A stretch of DNA of 26,913 bases from a virus (Duplodnaviria > Caudoviricetes): positions 1 through 26,913 of the IMG/VR virus record IMGVR_UViG_3300043270_000042; one strand, written 5' to 3'. The notes below the pieces were generated by a model. That model was not told the origin of the DNA, did no database searches, and saw only the letters and a program-made list of their open reading frames with translations. A program made the position numbers and the translations under genes. Shown in pieces: positions 15,636-25,127 of the stretch; the first letter of the stretch is position 1; the number at the start of each line of letters is the position of its first letter.

Positions 15636-16036
15636 AGCTTCAAGTGCCCGTAGCCATTGTTGCCCAGCTCATCGATGGCGTCCACCCGCACGCAGCCCCA
15701 GATGCGATTGCCGTCCTGGCCGCCTACGTTGTGCAGCACGCGGTCGGCACTCACGAGTACGCCAACGTGCGGCCCGATGTCGCTGGTCATCGTGAGCAGG
15801 TCGCCCTCGCGCGGCGCGTCCGTTGTCGGGCGCCAGCGTTTGGTGATGCGCTGCAACGTCTCGCGTTGATCTTCCGGCGTGCCGACGGGCAAAGCCGGCA
15901 TGTCGCGGCCGAACACCTCGCGCTGCACTTGCTGCACGAGATGCCAGCAGTTGAAGTGCGGCGCCCAGGCACGCCCCACCCATCTGGAAGGCCAGCTGTC
16001 CGCGCTGGCGTGCGGAGACAGGTTCATCATCATCAC
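15620..16036 (-). CDS. Tail tip NlpC/P60 protein (gpK-like)
   Basis: WVGRAW..FNCWHLV, GPHVGV, VLHN: Cys-His-His retained. Confidence 0.85.
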   Translation of the reverse strand: MMMMNLSPHASADSWPSRWVGRAWAPHFNCWHLVQQVQREVFGRDMPALPVGTPEDQRETLQRITKRWRPTTDAPREGDLLTMTSDIGPHVGVLVSADRVLHNVGGQDGNRIWGCVRVDAIDELGNNGYGHLKLWRAV

Positions 16037-16581
16037 GGCGCCAGCGTCGGGAAGTACTCTGGCGCGTAGTAGCGCGCCGGAAACTTCTTGTTGGTGAGGC
16101 CGCCGAAGGTGATCTGCGCAGAGACGCTTTCCACCGTAGCCACGGGCGCCTGCAGCTCGGCCACCGTCACCGGCAGCACATGCGGCGCCGACGTGTCGCT
16201 CGGCAGGAACATGCGCTCGACGATCTGCACCGGCTCGTGGCTCTCGCGCGCCTGCATCAGCACGCGCAGCACCTCGCGGCTCACGTTGTCGATCTGCACC
16301 GATGCGGCCTTGGGCGCACCTGAGTCCGTCTGCTCCGGCATCACGTACTCAAACGGGATGCCGATGTAGGTGTGCGTCTGACCGCGCTCGTCCGTTGCCG
16401 TGAGGTTGCGGTAGTCGTTGACGATGCGGATGCTGATGGGATTGCCGTCTGCGTCGGTGAAGCTCGTGTGGCGCAGTTCGAGCGTGCGCAACGCGGGGTC
16501 GCCGGCCTTGGCGCTGGCAAAGGCTTCGGCTATGGCCTCGCTAAGTGAAACCCCGGCGTTTTCGGGCAGGTACGTCGGCAT
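16033..16581 (-). CDS. DUF1833 family minor tail protein (gpL position)
   Basis: AIAEAFASA..LRTLELRH, IRIVND, GIPFEYVMPE, IDNVSRE, FPARYY.PEYFPTL. Confidence 0.85.
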   Translation of the reverse strand: MPTYLPENAGVSLSEAIAEAFASAKAGDPALRTLELRHTSFTDADGNPISIRIVNDYRNLTATDERGQTHTYIGIPFEYVMPEQTDSGAPKAASVQIDNVSREVLRVLMQARESHEPVQIVERMFLPSDTSAPHVLPVTVAELQAPVATVESVSAQITFGGLTNKKFPARYYAPEYFPTLAP

Positions 16582-16582
16582 G

Positions 16583-16963
16583 TCAGACCTCCGGCGCGGC
16601 GCTGCGGCCACGCACTTCCAACTCGGCCGTCACGCGCGCGATGCCACGCCCCAGCGGCGGAACCTGCACGCTGCCGGGACGAAAGCGCATTACCCGCGGG
16701 ATCACGCCGCCGGCGCCCGGCGCGGTTATCTCGAACCAGAGTTGGCCGTCACGCAGCGTGGTGTGAAACCACGGCCACCAGACGGCCATCTCGTCGGGCG
16801 AGTACGTCCAGGTGGCCGGCGACACGTCGGCGATGGCATCACGCGAGCGCCGACGCGCCTGCGGCCTGCCGGGCAGCGACGAGCGCACCGCGCGCTCGCG
16901 CAGCACGGCCGACCATCCGGCCTCCGGCGCGGGCAGCGTGGCGGGGTAGGTGACGGCGGGCAT
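16583..16963 (-). CDS. Distal tail protein, gpM-like (copy 2)
   Basis: YPATLPAP, GRPQARRR, WWPWFHTTLRDGQLWFEI, VTAELEV. Confidence 0.75.
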   Translation of the reverse strand: MPAVTYPATLPAPEAGWSAVLRERAVRSSLPGRPQARRRSRDAIADVSPATWTYSPDEMAVWWPWFHTTLRDGQLWFEITAPGAGGVIPRVMRFRPGSVQVPPLGRGIARVTAELEVRGRSAAPEV

Positions 16964-16967
16964 GGTG

Positions 16968-17435
16968 TTAGCGGTAGTACAGGCGGATCTGGCCCGGCGC
17001 GAAGCTCACCGCCTCGCCGATGGTGAAGCTGCGCGTTATGAGGTTGCCCGCAGAATCGGTGAACGCGCCCCAGCGCAGCAGGTTGCCGCCCGAGGGTGCG
17101 TCGAACTGACCCACGCCCACCAGCCCGCTCCAAGCGGCCGTCAGCGAGGCGGAGAACGACACAGCTACGTTGTTGGTGATGTAGTCGCGCGTGCCGTTGC
17201 TGGCGCCGGTGCTGCCGTCGCTCTGCGTGCCCGACCAATTAGTCATGCTGGCGGCCAGAGCGATGCGCGCATAGCCGGTGTAGCCCGCACCGGCGCTCAG
17301 CTCTGTGCCGCTGGTGTTGCGTGTGGGCAGCACCGCGAACAGGCCGTAGTGCCGCGTGGCCGGGAAGGTGATGGCCTGGCCGCGCTCCATCGCGTCGACG
17401 ACAGCGTTGAGCCAGTATTGAGTGAGGGAGGCCAT
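16968..17435 (-). CDS. Minor tail or fibre-associated protein
   Basis: HYGLFAVLPT..SGTELS..GYARIAL, ITNNVAVSF, FDAPSGGNLL, VSFAPGQI. Confidence 0.75.
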   Translation of the reverse strand: MASLTQYWLNAVVDAMERGQAITFPATRHYGLFAVLPTRNTSGTELSAGAGYTGYARIALAASMTNWSGTQSDGSTGASNGTRDYITNNVAVSFSASLTAAWSGLVGVGQFDAPSGGNLLRWGAFTDSAGNLITRSFTIGEAVSFAPGQIRLYYR

Positions 17436-17453
17436 GGGCGAGGTGTCCTAGAG

Positions 17454-18491
17454 TCAGGTGGCGGTGTCGCCGCCGAGCACATACTCGGCCGCGCTGCCGC
17501 CGCTGTTGGCGATGACGGTGATGAGGCCGACGGCGTACTGCCCCGCGAGCTTGGTGTGGCTCTGGCGCTGGCGGTGCGTGGCTCCGCTGCCTGCCGTGAC
17601 TGTGACTTGCCCCGCGCCGCCTTGCAGCAGCGTGCAAGACCAGCCTACGGGCAGGCTGTTCGGCACCGTCAGCGTGATCGCGCTCGCGTTGGTGAGCTGC
17701 ACCACTTTGCCTGCGTCGCTTGCGTCGAGCGTGTACGTGGTGCCGATCTGCGCGTTGCGGTGCGCGCGGTAGCCGGCAATCTCGTTGTCGTCGGTCACGG
17801 TGACGCCGCTGGCTTGCGCTGTGCTGCCGCCCGTGCCATCGGCGCGCAGCAGCGCGTTGTCGGTGCTGCCAGTGCTGCCGCCGATGCCTGCGCCCGTGGC
17901 GCTTAGCTGCAGGAAAACGACCTGCACCTCGTCGGCGTCTTCAAACGTGCCGGTGCCGGCTTGGTGCGTGACGGCGAACGTCCACCAGCCTGTGTTGTCG
18001 GTGGGCGTGGCCGTCCACTTGTACACGTGCCACTCGGTTTTGTCGGCTAGGCTGGTGACCTTGACCAGCCCGCTTGTGCCGAGCGAGGCGAGCAGCGTGC
18101 TGAGGTCCACGCTGTCGACGGTGCTGTCGTCGATGTACAGCGCCGTCACGCTGGCAAGCGTGACGTTGTTGAACTTAAGCAAGCCCGCGCCGGGGTCGCT
18201 GGCGGCGTTGCTGTCTAGGTCGATGGCGTAGCGAAAGCCGCTCAGGCCTAAAGCGCTCAAGCGCGCGCCCAACTCCTGCAGCGCGGCCTCTACCTCGGTG
18301 GCGGAGAAGTAGCTGCCCGCGTCGGCGATGTCGATGTCGCTGGCGGTGATGTTGCTGAGCACCCAAGCCAACCTTTCGCTTTGTGCGATCTTGCGCGGCG
18401 CTCCATCGACCTCGATGTAAGACAGGTCGTCGGCGTCAAGATCTCCAGCGACGGCGGCAGCGAGTGCGGCAAGGGTTGAATCAGTAGCCAT
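17454..18491 (-). CDS. Putative tail fibre protein
   Basis: ATEVEAALQEL, SDPGAGLLKFNN, STDNALLRADGTGG, C-terminal TTYTLDASDAGKVV..AITLTVP..QGGAGQVTV..LAGQYA module. Confidence 0.75.
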   Translation of the reverse strand: MATDSTLAALAAAVAGDLDADDLSYIEVDGAPRKIAQSERLAWVLSNITASDIDIADAGSYFSATEVEAALQELGARLSALGLSGFRYAIDLDSNAASDPGAGLLKFNNVTLASVTALYIDDSTVDSVDLSTLLASLGTSGLVKVTSLADKTEWHVYKWTATPTDNTGWWTFAVTHQAGTGTFEDADEVQVVFLQLSATGAGIGGSTGSTDNALLRADGTGGSTAQASGVTVTDDNEIAGYRAHRNAQIGTTYTLDASDAGKVVQLTNASAITLTVPNSLPVGWSCTLLQGGAGQVTVTAGSGATHRQRQSHTKLAGQYAVGLITVIANSGGSAAEYVLGGDTAT

Positions 18492-18500
18492 AGTGATTCT

Positions 18501-19166
18501 TCAGTCGGGCAGTTGCAGACGCCCGCCGTCCGGAAGCAGCAAGTAAGACGCGCCGTCAGGCAGCAGCAGGAACCCAAGCTTCAACAAGCCGCGGATCTCG
18601 CTGTCGCCCTCAAAGCGCGCGCGCAACGTCGGATCGGAGCGCACCTGGATCTCGCTGTCGCCATCGAAGCGTGCAAGCAGCGCGGCCGTGTCAGGACGCG
18701 CGGTGACCAAGCTGTCGACCACGAAGCGCGCCGACAGTGTGGGCGTGACGCGCACCGGCGCGCCGGTGTTGGGGTCGAAGAAGGGGTACGGGCCGTCGAG
18801 GAGGATGAGCTCGGCGGTGACGAGGTAGCGCGCGCTGCGCGCCTCCCAGCGGAAGGGGCCGACGAACTGCGCTTCCCACCACTGCGGGCCCGCGCCTTCG
18901 AGGCTGTGCATCGGCACATCGAAGCGCAGTGCGCCGGCCTGCAGGTCGTCGTCGAACCACTCGCACAGGCGGTTAAACTGCGCTTGCGTCAGCGGCTTGG
19001 TGGACACCTGCGCCAGCCACGGCGTAAAAGTGCGGATCTCGCGGTGCCGGTCCTCGCCCTGCTCAAACGGCGTGGCCTCCACCCGCTCGCCGGCGCGCAG
19101 CGTGTGGTCGGCCAGCGTCCACATCGGCAGCTCGGCAGGCCAGGCGTGCGCGTTGGGGTACGGCAT
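18501..19166 (-). CDS. Distal tail protein, gpM-like (copy 1) with repeat-containing C-terminal extension
   Basis: WPAELP, FEQGEDRHRE, WFDDDLQAGALRFDVP, EAQFVGP, VTAELIL; tail with ARFxGDSEI and LLLPDG repeats; directly after tape measure. Confidence 0.7.
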   Translation of the reverse strand: MPYPNAHAWPAELPMWTLADHTLRAGERVEATPFEQGEDRHREIRTFTPWLAQVSTKPLTQAQFNRLCEWFDDDLQAGALRFDVPMHSLEGAGPQWWEAQFVGPFRWEARSARYLVTAELILLDGPYPFFDPNTGAPVRVTPTLSARFVVDSLVTARPDTAALLARFDGDSEIQVRSDPTLRARFEGDSEIRGLLKLGFLLLPDGASYLLLPDGGRLQLPD

Positions 19167-19169
19167 GGC

Positions 19170-22100
19170 TCAGCGGATCAGCGCGGCCCCGCTGTTCAGG
19201 CCGTAACGGCCATTGATGTTGCGCGCCAGCCCCGTGTCGTTGTCGATCTCCCGGCCCAGCCGCTCACGCACCTGCTCGAACACGACGTCAAGCTCCAGTC
19301 CGCCGCCAGGACGTCGTCGCGCCTGCTTCACGTGGGCTTGCGCGGGCGCATTGATGAGGTTCAGATGCACCTCCAGCGGCGCAGGAGTGGCACCCTCTGC
19401 GGCCTGGCCAGCGCCCACTGCTGCGCTGCCGCCTGCCGCGGCGCCCGCCGGCAGCGCCCGCTGCGCGCCCTGCACCGGCCGCAGATCGCTGTCGGCCTGC
19501 CGCACCGCGCCCGCCGACGCAACGCCCTGCGCGGCAGGCTGCCCCGGCGCAGCGCGCTCTGCTGCCGCGGTGATCGCCGAGACCATCTCGGCCACCCTGC
19601 TTGATGCCCACGTGTCCACCGTCCCGGCGATCGGCGCCGAGGCGCGTTCAACGACCGTGCGCACGCCGAGCGAGCCGTCGCTGGCGCGCACCAGCGGAAC
19701 CACGGCCTCGGGACCCGCCTCGCCCATCAGCCCCTGCTCCAAGCGCCCACCGCTAGCAAACCGAAACGGCGTGGGCCGCGTGACAAGCTGATTGGTGAAG
19801 GCGCCGCCCTTGGCGAAGGCGGTGACGGCGCGCCGCTGAAGCGCGGTGCCAGGATTGAAGGCGGACGCGCCCGGCCCGAACGCGCCGCCCCTGGCAAAGC
19901 CGAAAAACGAGCCGATGGGGCTGAAAAGGTTGCCGCCGCTCAGGCCGGAGAACACGTCGCCCAGCACGTCGCCGAGGTTGCCGAACAGTTCTTGCACGCC
20001 CGGCGGCAGCTGCGACAGCGCCCGCGCAGCCCTGTCGGTGACCGAGCGCATCACGTCCACCGCCGGCGTGGTGCTGCCCACGCGGTTGCCAAACTCGCCG
20101 GCCGCGCGCGCCGCGGCCTCAATTGACTCGATGGCGCCACCCTCAATGCGGCGCAGCGCGTCGCGTTCGGCGCTGGGCTGCGCCGGTGCGCCGGCATCGG
20201 ACGTGTCGAAGGCGAAAACGCCTAGCGGGTTGGACGCGCCGGAAGGCGAGAGGCCCGGCACCGGCGCGCCACGGCTGCCGGCCAGCCGCTGCAGCGCCGC
20301 GGTGGCTTGGTCGGCAGCCGTAGCCATCGACGAGACCGACGTGGACGCGCCGGCAGCGGCTTGGGGGAGAGCGCCCAAGCCACCGCCGGCGGCGCTGCCC
20401 ACGCCGAGCTGGCGCGCCACGCCGGGCACTGCCTGCTCGGCTAGGCCACGCAGCGACTGCCGAAGCGGCGCGGTGATAGTCTGCTCGATCAGAAAGCGCC
20501 TGAGATCGTCGATCACCGCATTGCCAATGTCGCTCAGCGAGCGAAAATCGGCGATCGCGCTGCCGATCGTGTCGGCCGTGCTGTCGGCCAGGCCGCGCAG
20601 GCCTTCGCGCAGGCGGTCGATGGCGGGATCGACCGAGCGCAGTGCGCGCTCGTAGGCTAGGCCTAGCTCGTTGGCCTGCTGGATAGCCGCGGGGTCACCG
20701 CTGACTTGTGCTAGGCGCTGCGCCGCGTCTGTCATCTCGCCGAGCTGCTCGACCATGCGCGCGCGGATCTCGTACACACCGCGGTCAATCTCTTGCAGCG
20801 ATGCGCCGCGCGCCTCGGAGGCAAGCACAAATCGCTCTTCGTCGGTGGCGGCGCGGGCGCTCACCAGCGACGCGCGTTGCTGCACCTCGCGAAGGTCGTC
20901 CTGCGCTTGCAGCAGTTCGCGGTAGCGCTGCACGCGCCGCGCAATCTCGGCCGGGTCTTCTGCCGCTTGGCTGAGCAGCAGCGTAGCCTGACGCACCTGC
21001 TCCTCGCGGCGCACGCGGGCCAGCTCGCGCTCGTCGCCGGTGAGCGCGACGATGCTGGCCTTGAATTCCGCCACCGCGCGCACTTGCTGTGCGTAGGCCT
21101 CAGCGCTTGCGCGCGCATCGAGCTGCCTGCGCGCAGCGGCCGCCTCCTCAAGCCGCGCCTGTTCGCCGAGCAGCGCGGTGATCTGCTTGCCGGCCTGCGC
21201 GGCCTGCACCTTGTCGCCGGCCTTGGCCGATTCGTCCTGAAATCGCGCCAGCAGCGAGAGCTGCTCGGCGTACCTCTCAGCGCTGCGCTGCGTGGCCTCG
21301 GCCTGAACGCGATCGCGCTGCGCGTAGTAGTCGGCCAGCGAGATCTCGCCCGCCTGATACCGCCCTTCGAGCAACTGCTGGTGCTGCGACAGCGCATCAC
21401 GCTCTCGCGTGTTTGCGTCCTGCAGTTCGCGCAGCGCCTCGTCGAGCTCGGCTTTGCGCAGCGCACGTGCTTCGCTGGCGCCTCTGCGGTCGGGGCGCTC
21501 GGCGAATTGTTTGCGCAGGCCGGCCTCGACGCGCGCCACCTCTTTCGGCTGCACCTCCGGCGCGTTCGGCGTGGCCGTGCGCACGCGTTCAACCTCAAGG
21601 CGGTACTCGCGCAACGCGCGGTTGAGCTTTTCCTGCTGTGTCTCGACCGACCGCGTCGTGGCCTGGATGCGGTCGAGCGCTGCGATGGCCTCCTGATTGG
21701 CTCGGCTGCGCTCGGCGTCGCTCTTGGCCTTCTCGTCGCCCGCCTTCTTCTCGGCCTCCAGCGCCGCGAGTTGCGCCGCCGCCTGGGCACGCGCGGCCTC
21801 GCTCAGTCCGCCGAACTCAGCAGAGACGATCGGCGTCTCAAGCTGCGCGCGCAGCGCGGCGATGCGATCGTCGACCGTGGTGTCGCGGCCGATGCTCTTG
21901 AGGTTGTTCCACGCGTCGCGCGCCGTGGCGGCGAAGCTCACCCATGCTCGTTCGAGCAAGCCCAGGTTCTGCCGCTGGCCGGCAAACTTTGCGTTGAGTG
22001 CATCGGCCACCAGGCCCACCGCCTCCTGCGAGCGGCCCTGCTCCTGCAGCGCACGCACCTGCGCGTACACCTGGGGCGTGAGGAAGTTGTATTGCCGGTT

Positions 22101-23321
22101 CAAATCGGCCGCAGCGCGTGCCGGATCGTCGGCGATGCGCGACAGGTCATTGACGATCTCGTCGGCAGCCCGGCCGGTGAAGCGCTGAAGCGAGACCACG
22201 GCGGTGGTGATGCGCTCCACGTTCTCCGGCCCGAAGCGGGCAGCGGAAACGACGGCCTGCAGCGCTTCACGCACATCGCCCAGCGGCCTCGCGCTGACGC
22301 CGGCGATCGACCGCGCCAGCTCGTTCATGCGCCCCGCCGTGACGCCAGCGTAATTGCCGGTGAGCACCACGCTGTCGGCAAACTGCCGGCTCTCGCGGTA
22401 GCCCTGCAGCCACGCGGCGGTGAGCGCGGTCACACCGACCGCTAGGCCGCCCACCGCCACGCGCGCCGGCGTGATGAGCGATGCGACGGCAGAGATGGCG
22501 GGACGGATGCCGCCGAACGTGCCCGACAACTGCGAGCCCTGCTGAATCAGCGCCGTGAGAGGGTTTTGACCACTGGCGAGCTGCACACCCAGGTCGTTCA
22601 GCTGGAAGCTGACCTGCTGCAACTCCAACGCCGTGAGCCGGCCCGTCTTGTTAAAGCTCTGCAGCCGCCGGTCGGACTCGGCCAGCCGCGCGATCATCGG
22701 CGCGGCCTGCGCTGTGACGCCCAGTTGCGCCGCCTGCAATTCGAGCAGCGCCGCGCGCGCACCCTTGCCGCTGCGCGCAGCATCGTCGGCAATGACGATC
22801 TTGTTCAGCGATGCCAGAAACGCCTGCTGCGCACGGTACTGCTGGCGCTCCCGCTGCAGCCCCGCCTCGCGGATGTTGCCCAACGCCGCTTGGTGGGCGC
22901 GCTCGCGGTCCTGGGCGGCGAGGTGCAGGCCCGTCAACGCGGCTAGGCGCTGCTCGGGCGGAATGCCGCCAAGCTCGGTGGCTTCGCCCGCATTGGCGCG
23001 CGCACGCGCGGCCGCCTGCGCCGCGCGCTGCTGCAGTTCAGCCGCGCGCTGGCTGGCCGCCGCTGACCGCTCCTGCTCGGCGCCGAAACGCTGGCTCGCC
23101 TGCGCCGCCTGGATCAGGTGATCAGCCAGCGCATCGGCGCTGCGGCCCTGCGCGCCGGCGGCCTGGGTGAAGGCCGTGCCCACGCCGCTGGCGCGGGCCA
23201 TCTGCTGCGCGAGCGTGCCGTAGGCGCGCTCGTTGCGTTGCAGCGCGGCCTCGGTGATGCGCAGCGTGACCAGCAGGCCTTGGTCGGAGCCCTGAAGCTC
23301 GACGCGGTACGGGCGGGTCAT
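19170..23321 (-). CDS. Tail length tape measure protein (lambda family)
   Basis: 1383 aa, Ala/Gln-rich; QLNDLGVQLASGQNPLTALIQQGSQL, LNRQYNFLT, FAKGGAF, GLMGEAGPEAVVPL. Confidence 0.95.
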   Translation of the reverse strand: MTRPYRVELQGSDQGLLVTLRITEAALQRNERAYGTLAQQMARASGVGTAFTQAAGAQGRSADALADHLIQAAQASQRFGAEQERSAAASQRAAELQQRAAQAAARARANAGEATELGGIPPEQRLAALTGLHLAAQDRERAHQAALGNIREAGLQRERQQYRAQQAFLASLNKIVIADDAARSGKGARAALLELQAAQLGVTAQAAPMIARLAESDRRLQSFNKTGRLTALELQQVSFQLNDLGVQLASGQNPLTALIQQGSQLSGTFGGIRPAISAVASLITPARVAVGGLAVGVTALTAAWLQGYRESRQFADSVVLTGNYAGVTAGRMNELARSIAGVSARPLGDVREALQAVVSAARFGPENVERITTAVVSLQRFTGRAADEIVNDLSRIADDPARAAADLNRQYNFLTPQVYAQVRALQEQGRSQEAVGLVADALNAKFAGQRQNLGLLERAWVSFAATARDAWNNLKSIGRDTTVDDRIAALRAQLETPIVSAEFGGLSEAARAQAAAQLAALEAEKKAGDEKAKSDAERSRANQEAIAALDRIQATTRSVETQQEKLNRALREYRLEVERVRTATPNAPEVQPKEVARVEAGLRKQFAERPDRRGASEARALRKAELDEALRELQDANTRERDALSQHQQLLEGRYQAGEISLADYYAQRDRVQAEATQRSAERYAEQLSLLARFQDESAKAGDKVQAAQAGKQITALLGEQARLEEAAAARRQLDARASAEAYAQQVRAVAEFKASIVALTGDERELARVRREEQVRQATLLLSQAAEDPAEIARRVQRYRELLQAQDDLREVQQRASLVSARAATDEERFVLASEARGASLQEIDRGVYEIRARMVEQLGEMTDAAQRLAQVSGDPAAIQQANELGLAYERALRSVDPAIDRLREGLRGLADSTADTIGSAIADFRSLSDIGNAVIDDLRRFLIEQTITAPLRQSLRGLAEQAVPGVARQLGVGSAAGGGLGALPQAAAGASTSVSSMATAADQATAALQRLAGSRGAPVPGLSPSGASNPLGVFAFDTSDAGAPAQPSAERDALRRIEGGAIESIEAAARAAGEFGNRVGSTTPAVDVMRSVTDRAARALSQLPPGVQELFGNLGDVLGDVFSGLSGGNLFSPIGSFFGFARGGAFGPGASAFNPGTALQRRAVTAFAKGGAFTNQLVTRPTPFRFASGGRLEQGLMGEAGPEAVVPLVRASDGSLGVRTVVERASAPIAGTVDTWASSRVAEMVSAITAAAERAAPGQPAAQGVASAGAVRQADSDLRPVQGAQRALPAGAAAGGSAAVGAGQAAEGATPAPLEVHLNLINAPAQAHVKQARRRPGGGLELDVVFEQVRERLGREIDNDTGLARNINGRYGLNSGAALIR

Positions 23322-23331
23322 GTCGTTGCCT

Positions 23332-23766
23332 TCATGTCTTGGGGTTGACGTGATGCAGCGCGCGCTGCTCCAAATAACGCACCTGACGCATCAGCACGTG
23401 GTGCGGCTGCACGTGCGGCAAGCCGGCGAGCTCGTCGAGCACGGGCGGCAGCGCCTCGTAGCGCAGGCCCCAGTAACGCAGCTGACCGTTGCCCATCTCG
23501 GTTACGCGCCACTGCGTGGACATCGCGACGAAAAGCTGCGCGGCGTGCCAGTTCTCGGGCCACACGGCCACGGTAAGCACCGGGCCGGCGGCGGGCTGCA
23601 CCTGCGCGATGCGCCGCCGCAGCCGCTCGAGCACCGGCTCGGGCGCCTGCAGCTGGAGTGCATTGGCCAGCTCGTCCTGGAGCGCGGTCAGCTGTTCGGC
23701 GCGGTGGCGCTGGCCTTCGTCGTCGCCGACGCCGGCCCACGCTCGCGCAACCGCTTCAAGTTTCCC
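23332..23766 (-). CDS. Tail assembly chaperone T domain (DUF1799-like), made as a G-T fusion by -1 frameshift
   Basis: Open from the slippery site: KLEAVARAWAG...VWPENWHAAQLFVAMSTQWR...GLRYEAL...VRYLEQRAL. Confidence 0.85.
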   Translation of the reverse strand, partial: GKLEAVARAWAGVGDDEGQRHRAEQLTALQDELANALQLQAPEPVLERLRRRIAQVQPAAGPVLTVAVWPENWHAAQLFVAMSTQWRVTEMGNGQLRYWGLRYEALPPVLDELAGLPHVQPHHVLMRQVRYLEQRALHHVNPKT

Positions 23767-24104
23767 AGGTGCGCTTGGTCGCGCGAGGCAAACCAGTTGC
23801 CGACGATGGCTGACGCCACGCCAGGCACGCTCAGCAGCGCCGCGCAGGTCTCCTCGCCCCAGGCCGCCTCGACGCCGTGCTCGTCGACCACGCCGGCCAG
23901 GCCGCGCATGACGCGACGGGCCACCTCGCGATCGCCAAGCGACTGCTCGCGGATCTCTTTCTGGAACGCGTCGAACTCGTCTTCGAGCATGCGCAGGAAA
24001 AGCACCCTAATCGAGTGCGCCGCGATCTCGCCGTCGGCCTTGGGCACGAGCAGCTCCACGTCCCACCAGTAAGTGGGCGTGGCGTCCAGCTTCAAGTTAA
24101 ACAT
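23688..24104 (-). CDS. Tail assembly chaperone (gpG-like)
   Basis: MFNLKLDATPTYWWDVEL...HLGNL; lies between tail tube and tape measure. Confidence 0.85.
   Translation of the reverse strand: MFNLKLDATPTYWWDVELLVPKADGEIAAHSIRVLFLRMLEDEFDAFQKEIREQSLGDREVARRVMRGLAGVVDEHGVEAAWGEETCAALLSVPGVASAIVGNWFASRDQAHLGNLKRLRERGPASATTKASATAPNS
23760..23766 (-). promoter_or_regulatory. Programmed -1 ribosomal frameshift heptamer G GGA AAC
   Basis: CTG GGA AAC TTG in the gpG frame has X XXY YYZ phase; the -1 frame is open through the DUF1799-like ORF. Confidence 0.85.
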
Positions 24105-24118
24105 GCGCGTGCGGCCCG

Positions 24119-25096
24119 TCAGAAGCTCACGACGAGGCGAAACTCGTCGTTGCCGCTGCCGGCTGGCGGCGGCACGAGACGCAGGTCGTACTCGAGCAGG
24201 CGGCGCTTGTTGAGCTCGCCGTTGGTGGGGTTGGCGAACTGCACGCTGGGCGCAAAAATCAGCACCTTGCTGCCAACGACTGTGCCGTGACTCAAACCCA
24301 CAGACGATAGCGTCGTGGCCAGCACCGCATCCATCCGCGTGACCTGCTGCGCAGGCGTGAGGTCAAGCATCAGCTTGCCGCTGCCGGCGCGGTCGACGAT
24401 GTCCACCGTCTCGCCGCCGATCATCGGCGTGAACACGACCTCGTTGCCGATGTCGATGTCCAGGCCGAGGCTGGGCACGGCCGTGCCGCCGGTGATGACG
24501 GGCGCACCCGTGCCGGGCAGCGTGCCGCCGAGCACGAGGTCGAGCGTGTTCGCGTCGGTGGGAACCTCGGGCGTTTCGAACGCCGAGTAGTCCACCGTGG
24601 GCAGCGCCACCGCGGTGAGCGCGGTGTACAGGCCGCGGAAGGTGAACTGCAGCACCGGCTTCTCGCCCGCCTTGCAGACGACCTGAAAGGTGCCGCGCGC
24701 ACCGAGGACGCGGTTGCGCACGCCGCTGTCAAAAAAGTAGATCGTGACAGATTCCTGCGGGTCGGTTACGGGCAGGTAGTCCACGCGCGTGCTGGCCTCG
24801 ACGGTCTCGGACATGGCGCACGCGCGCACGAGCGGGCCCCAGGCGGGCGCCACGCCGGCAGAACCGGAGCCGACGAGCTCAGTCTCAAAGGTCACTTCGC
24901 AGTAGCGCGTGCCGACCAGCTCCTCGCTGTTGCCCAGGAAGGGGCGCAGCAGGTCGCGGTTGACGTTGTTGGGCCGGAAGTTCCAGACCGGCTTGGACAC
25001 CAGCATAGAGTTGGCGGCGCCGGTGGGCACCGAGTCGACGCCGTAGGTGGCTTCGGTCTTGGCCAGCAGCGCGGCCGCGCGAGTGGAACGTGGCAT
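24119..25096 (-). CDS. Major tail tube protein
   Basis: LLAKTEATYGVD, ELVGSGSAGVAPAWGPLVRAC, SVTIYFFDSG, LGARGT, GNDEFRL; AAGGAA upstream of ATG 25096. Confidence 0.88.
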   Translation of the reverse strand: MPRSTRAAALLAKTEATYGVDSVPTGAANSMLVSKPVWNFRPNNVNRDLLRPFLGNSEELVGTRYCEVTFETELVGSGSAGVAPAWGPLVRACAMSETVEASTRVDYLPVTDPQESVTIYFFDSGVRNRVLGARGTFQVVCKAGEKPVLQFTFRGLYTALTAVALPTVDYSAFETPEVPTDANTLDLVLGGTLPGTGAPVITGGTAVPSLGLDIDIGNEVVFTPMIGGETVDIVDRAGSGKLMLDLTPAQQVTRMDAVLATTLSSVGLSHGTVVGSKVLIFAPSVQFANPTNGELNKRRLLEYDLRLVPPPAGSGNDEFRLVVSF

Positions 25097-25127
25097 GGTC
25101 GAGTTTCCTTTGGGTGGTGGGAGTGGT

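Noticed and set aside
12876-22445. Long + strand ORFs opposite the tail genes (e.g. 12876-14435, 18513-19604, 20793-22445)
   Set aside because: Antisense shadows expected in high-GC coding DNA; no recognisable motifs.
17440-22950. Several CTAGG/CCTAG words as a footprint of 5mC deamination at CCWGG
   Set aside because: Counted only by eye, and explainable by codon context (NNC CTA G) in GC-rich genes; would need a formal k-mer test.
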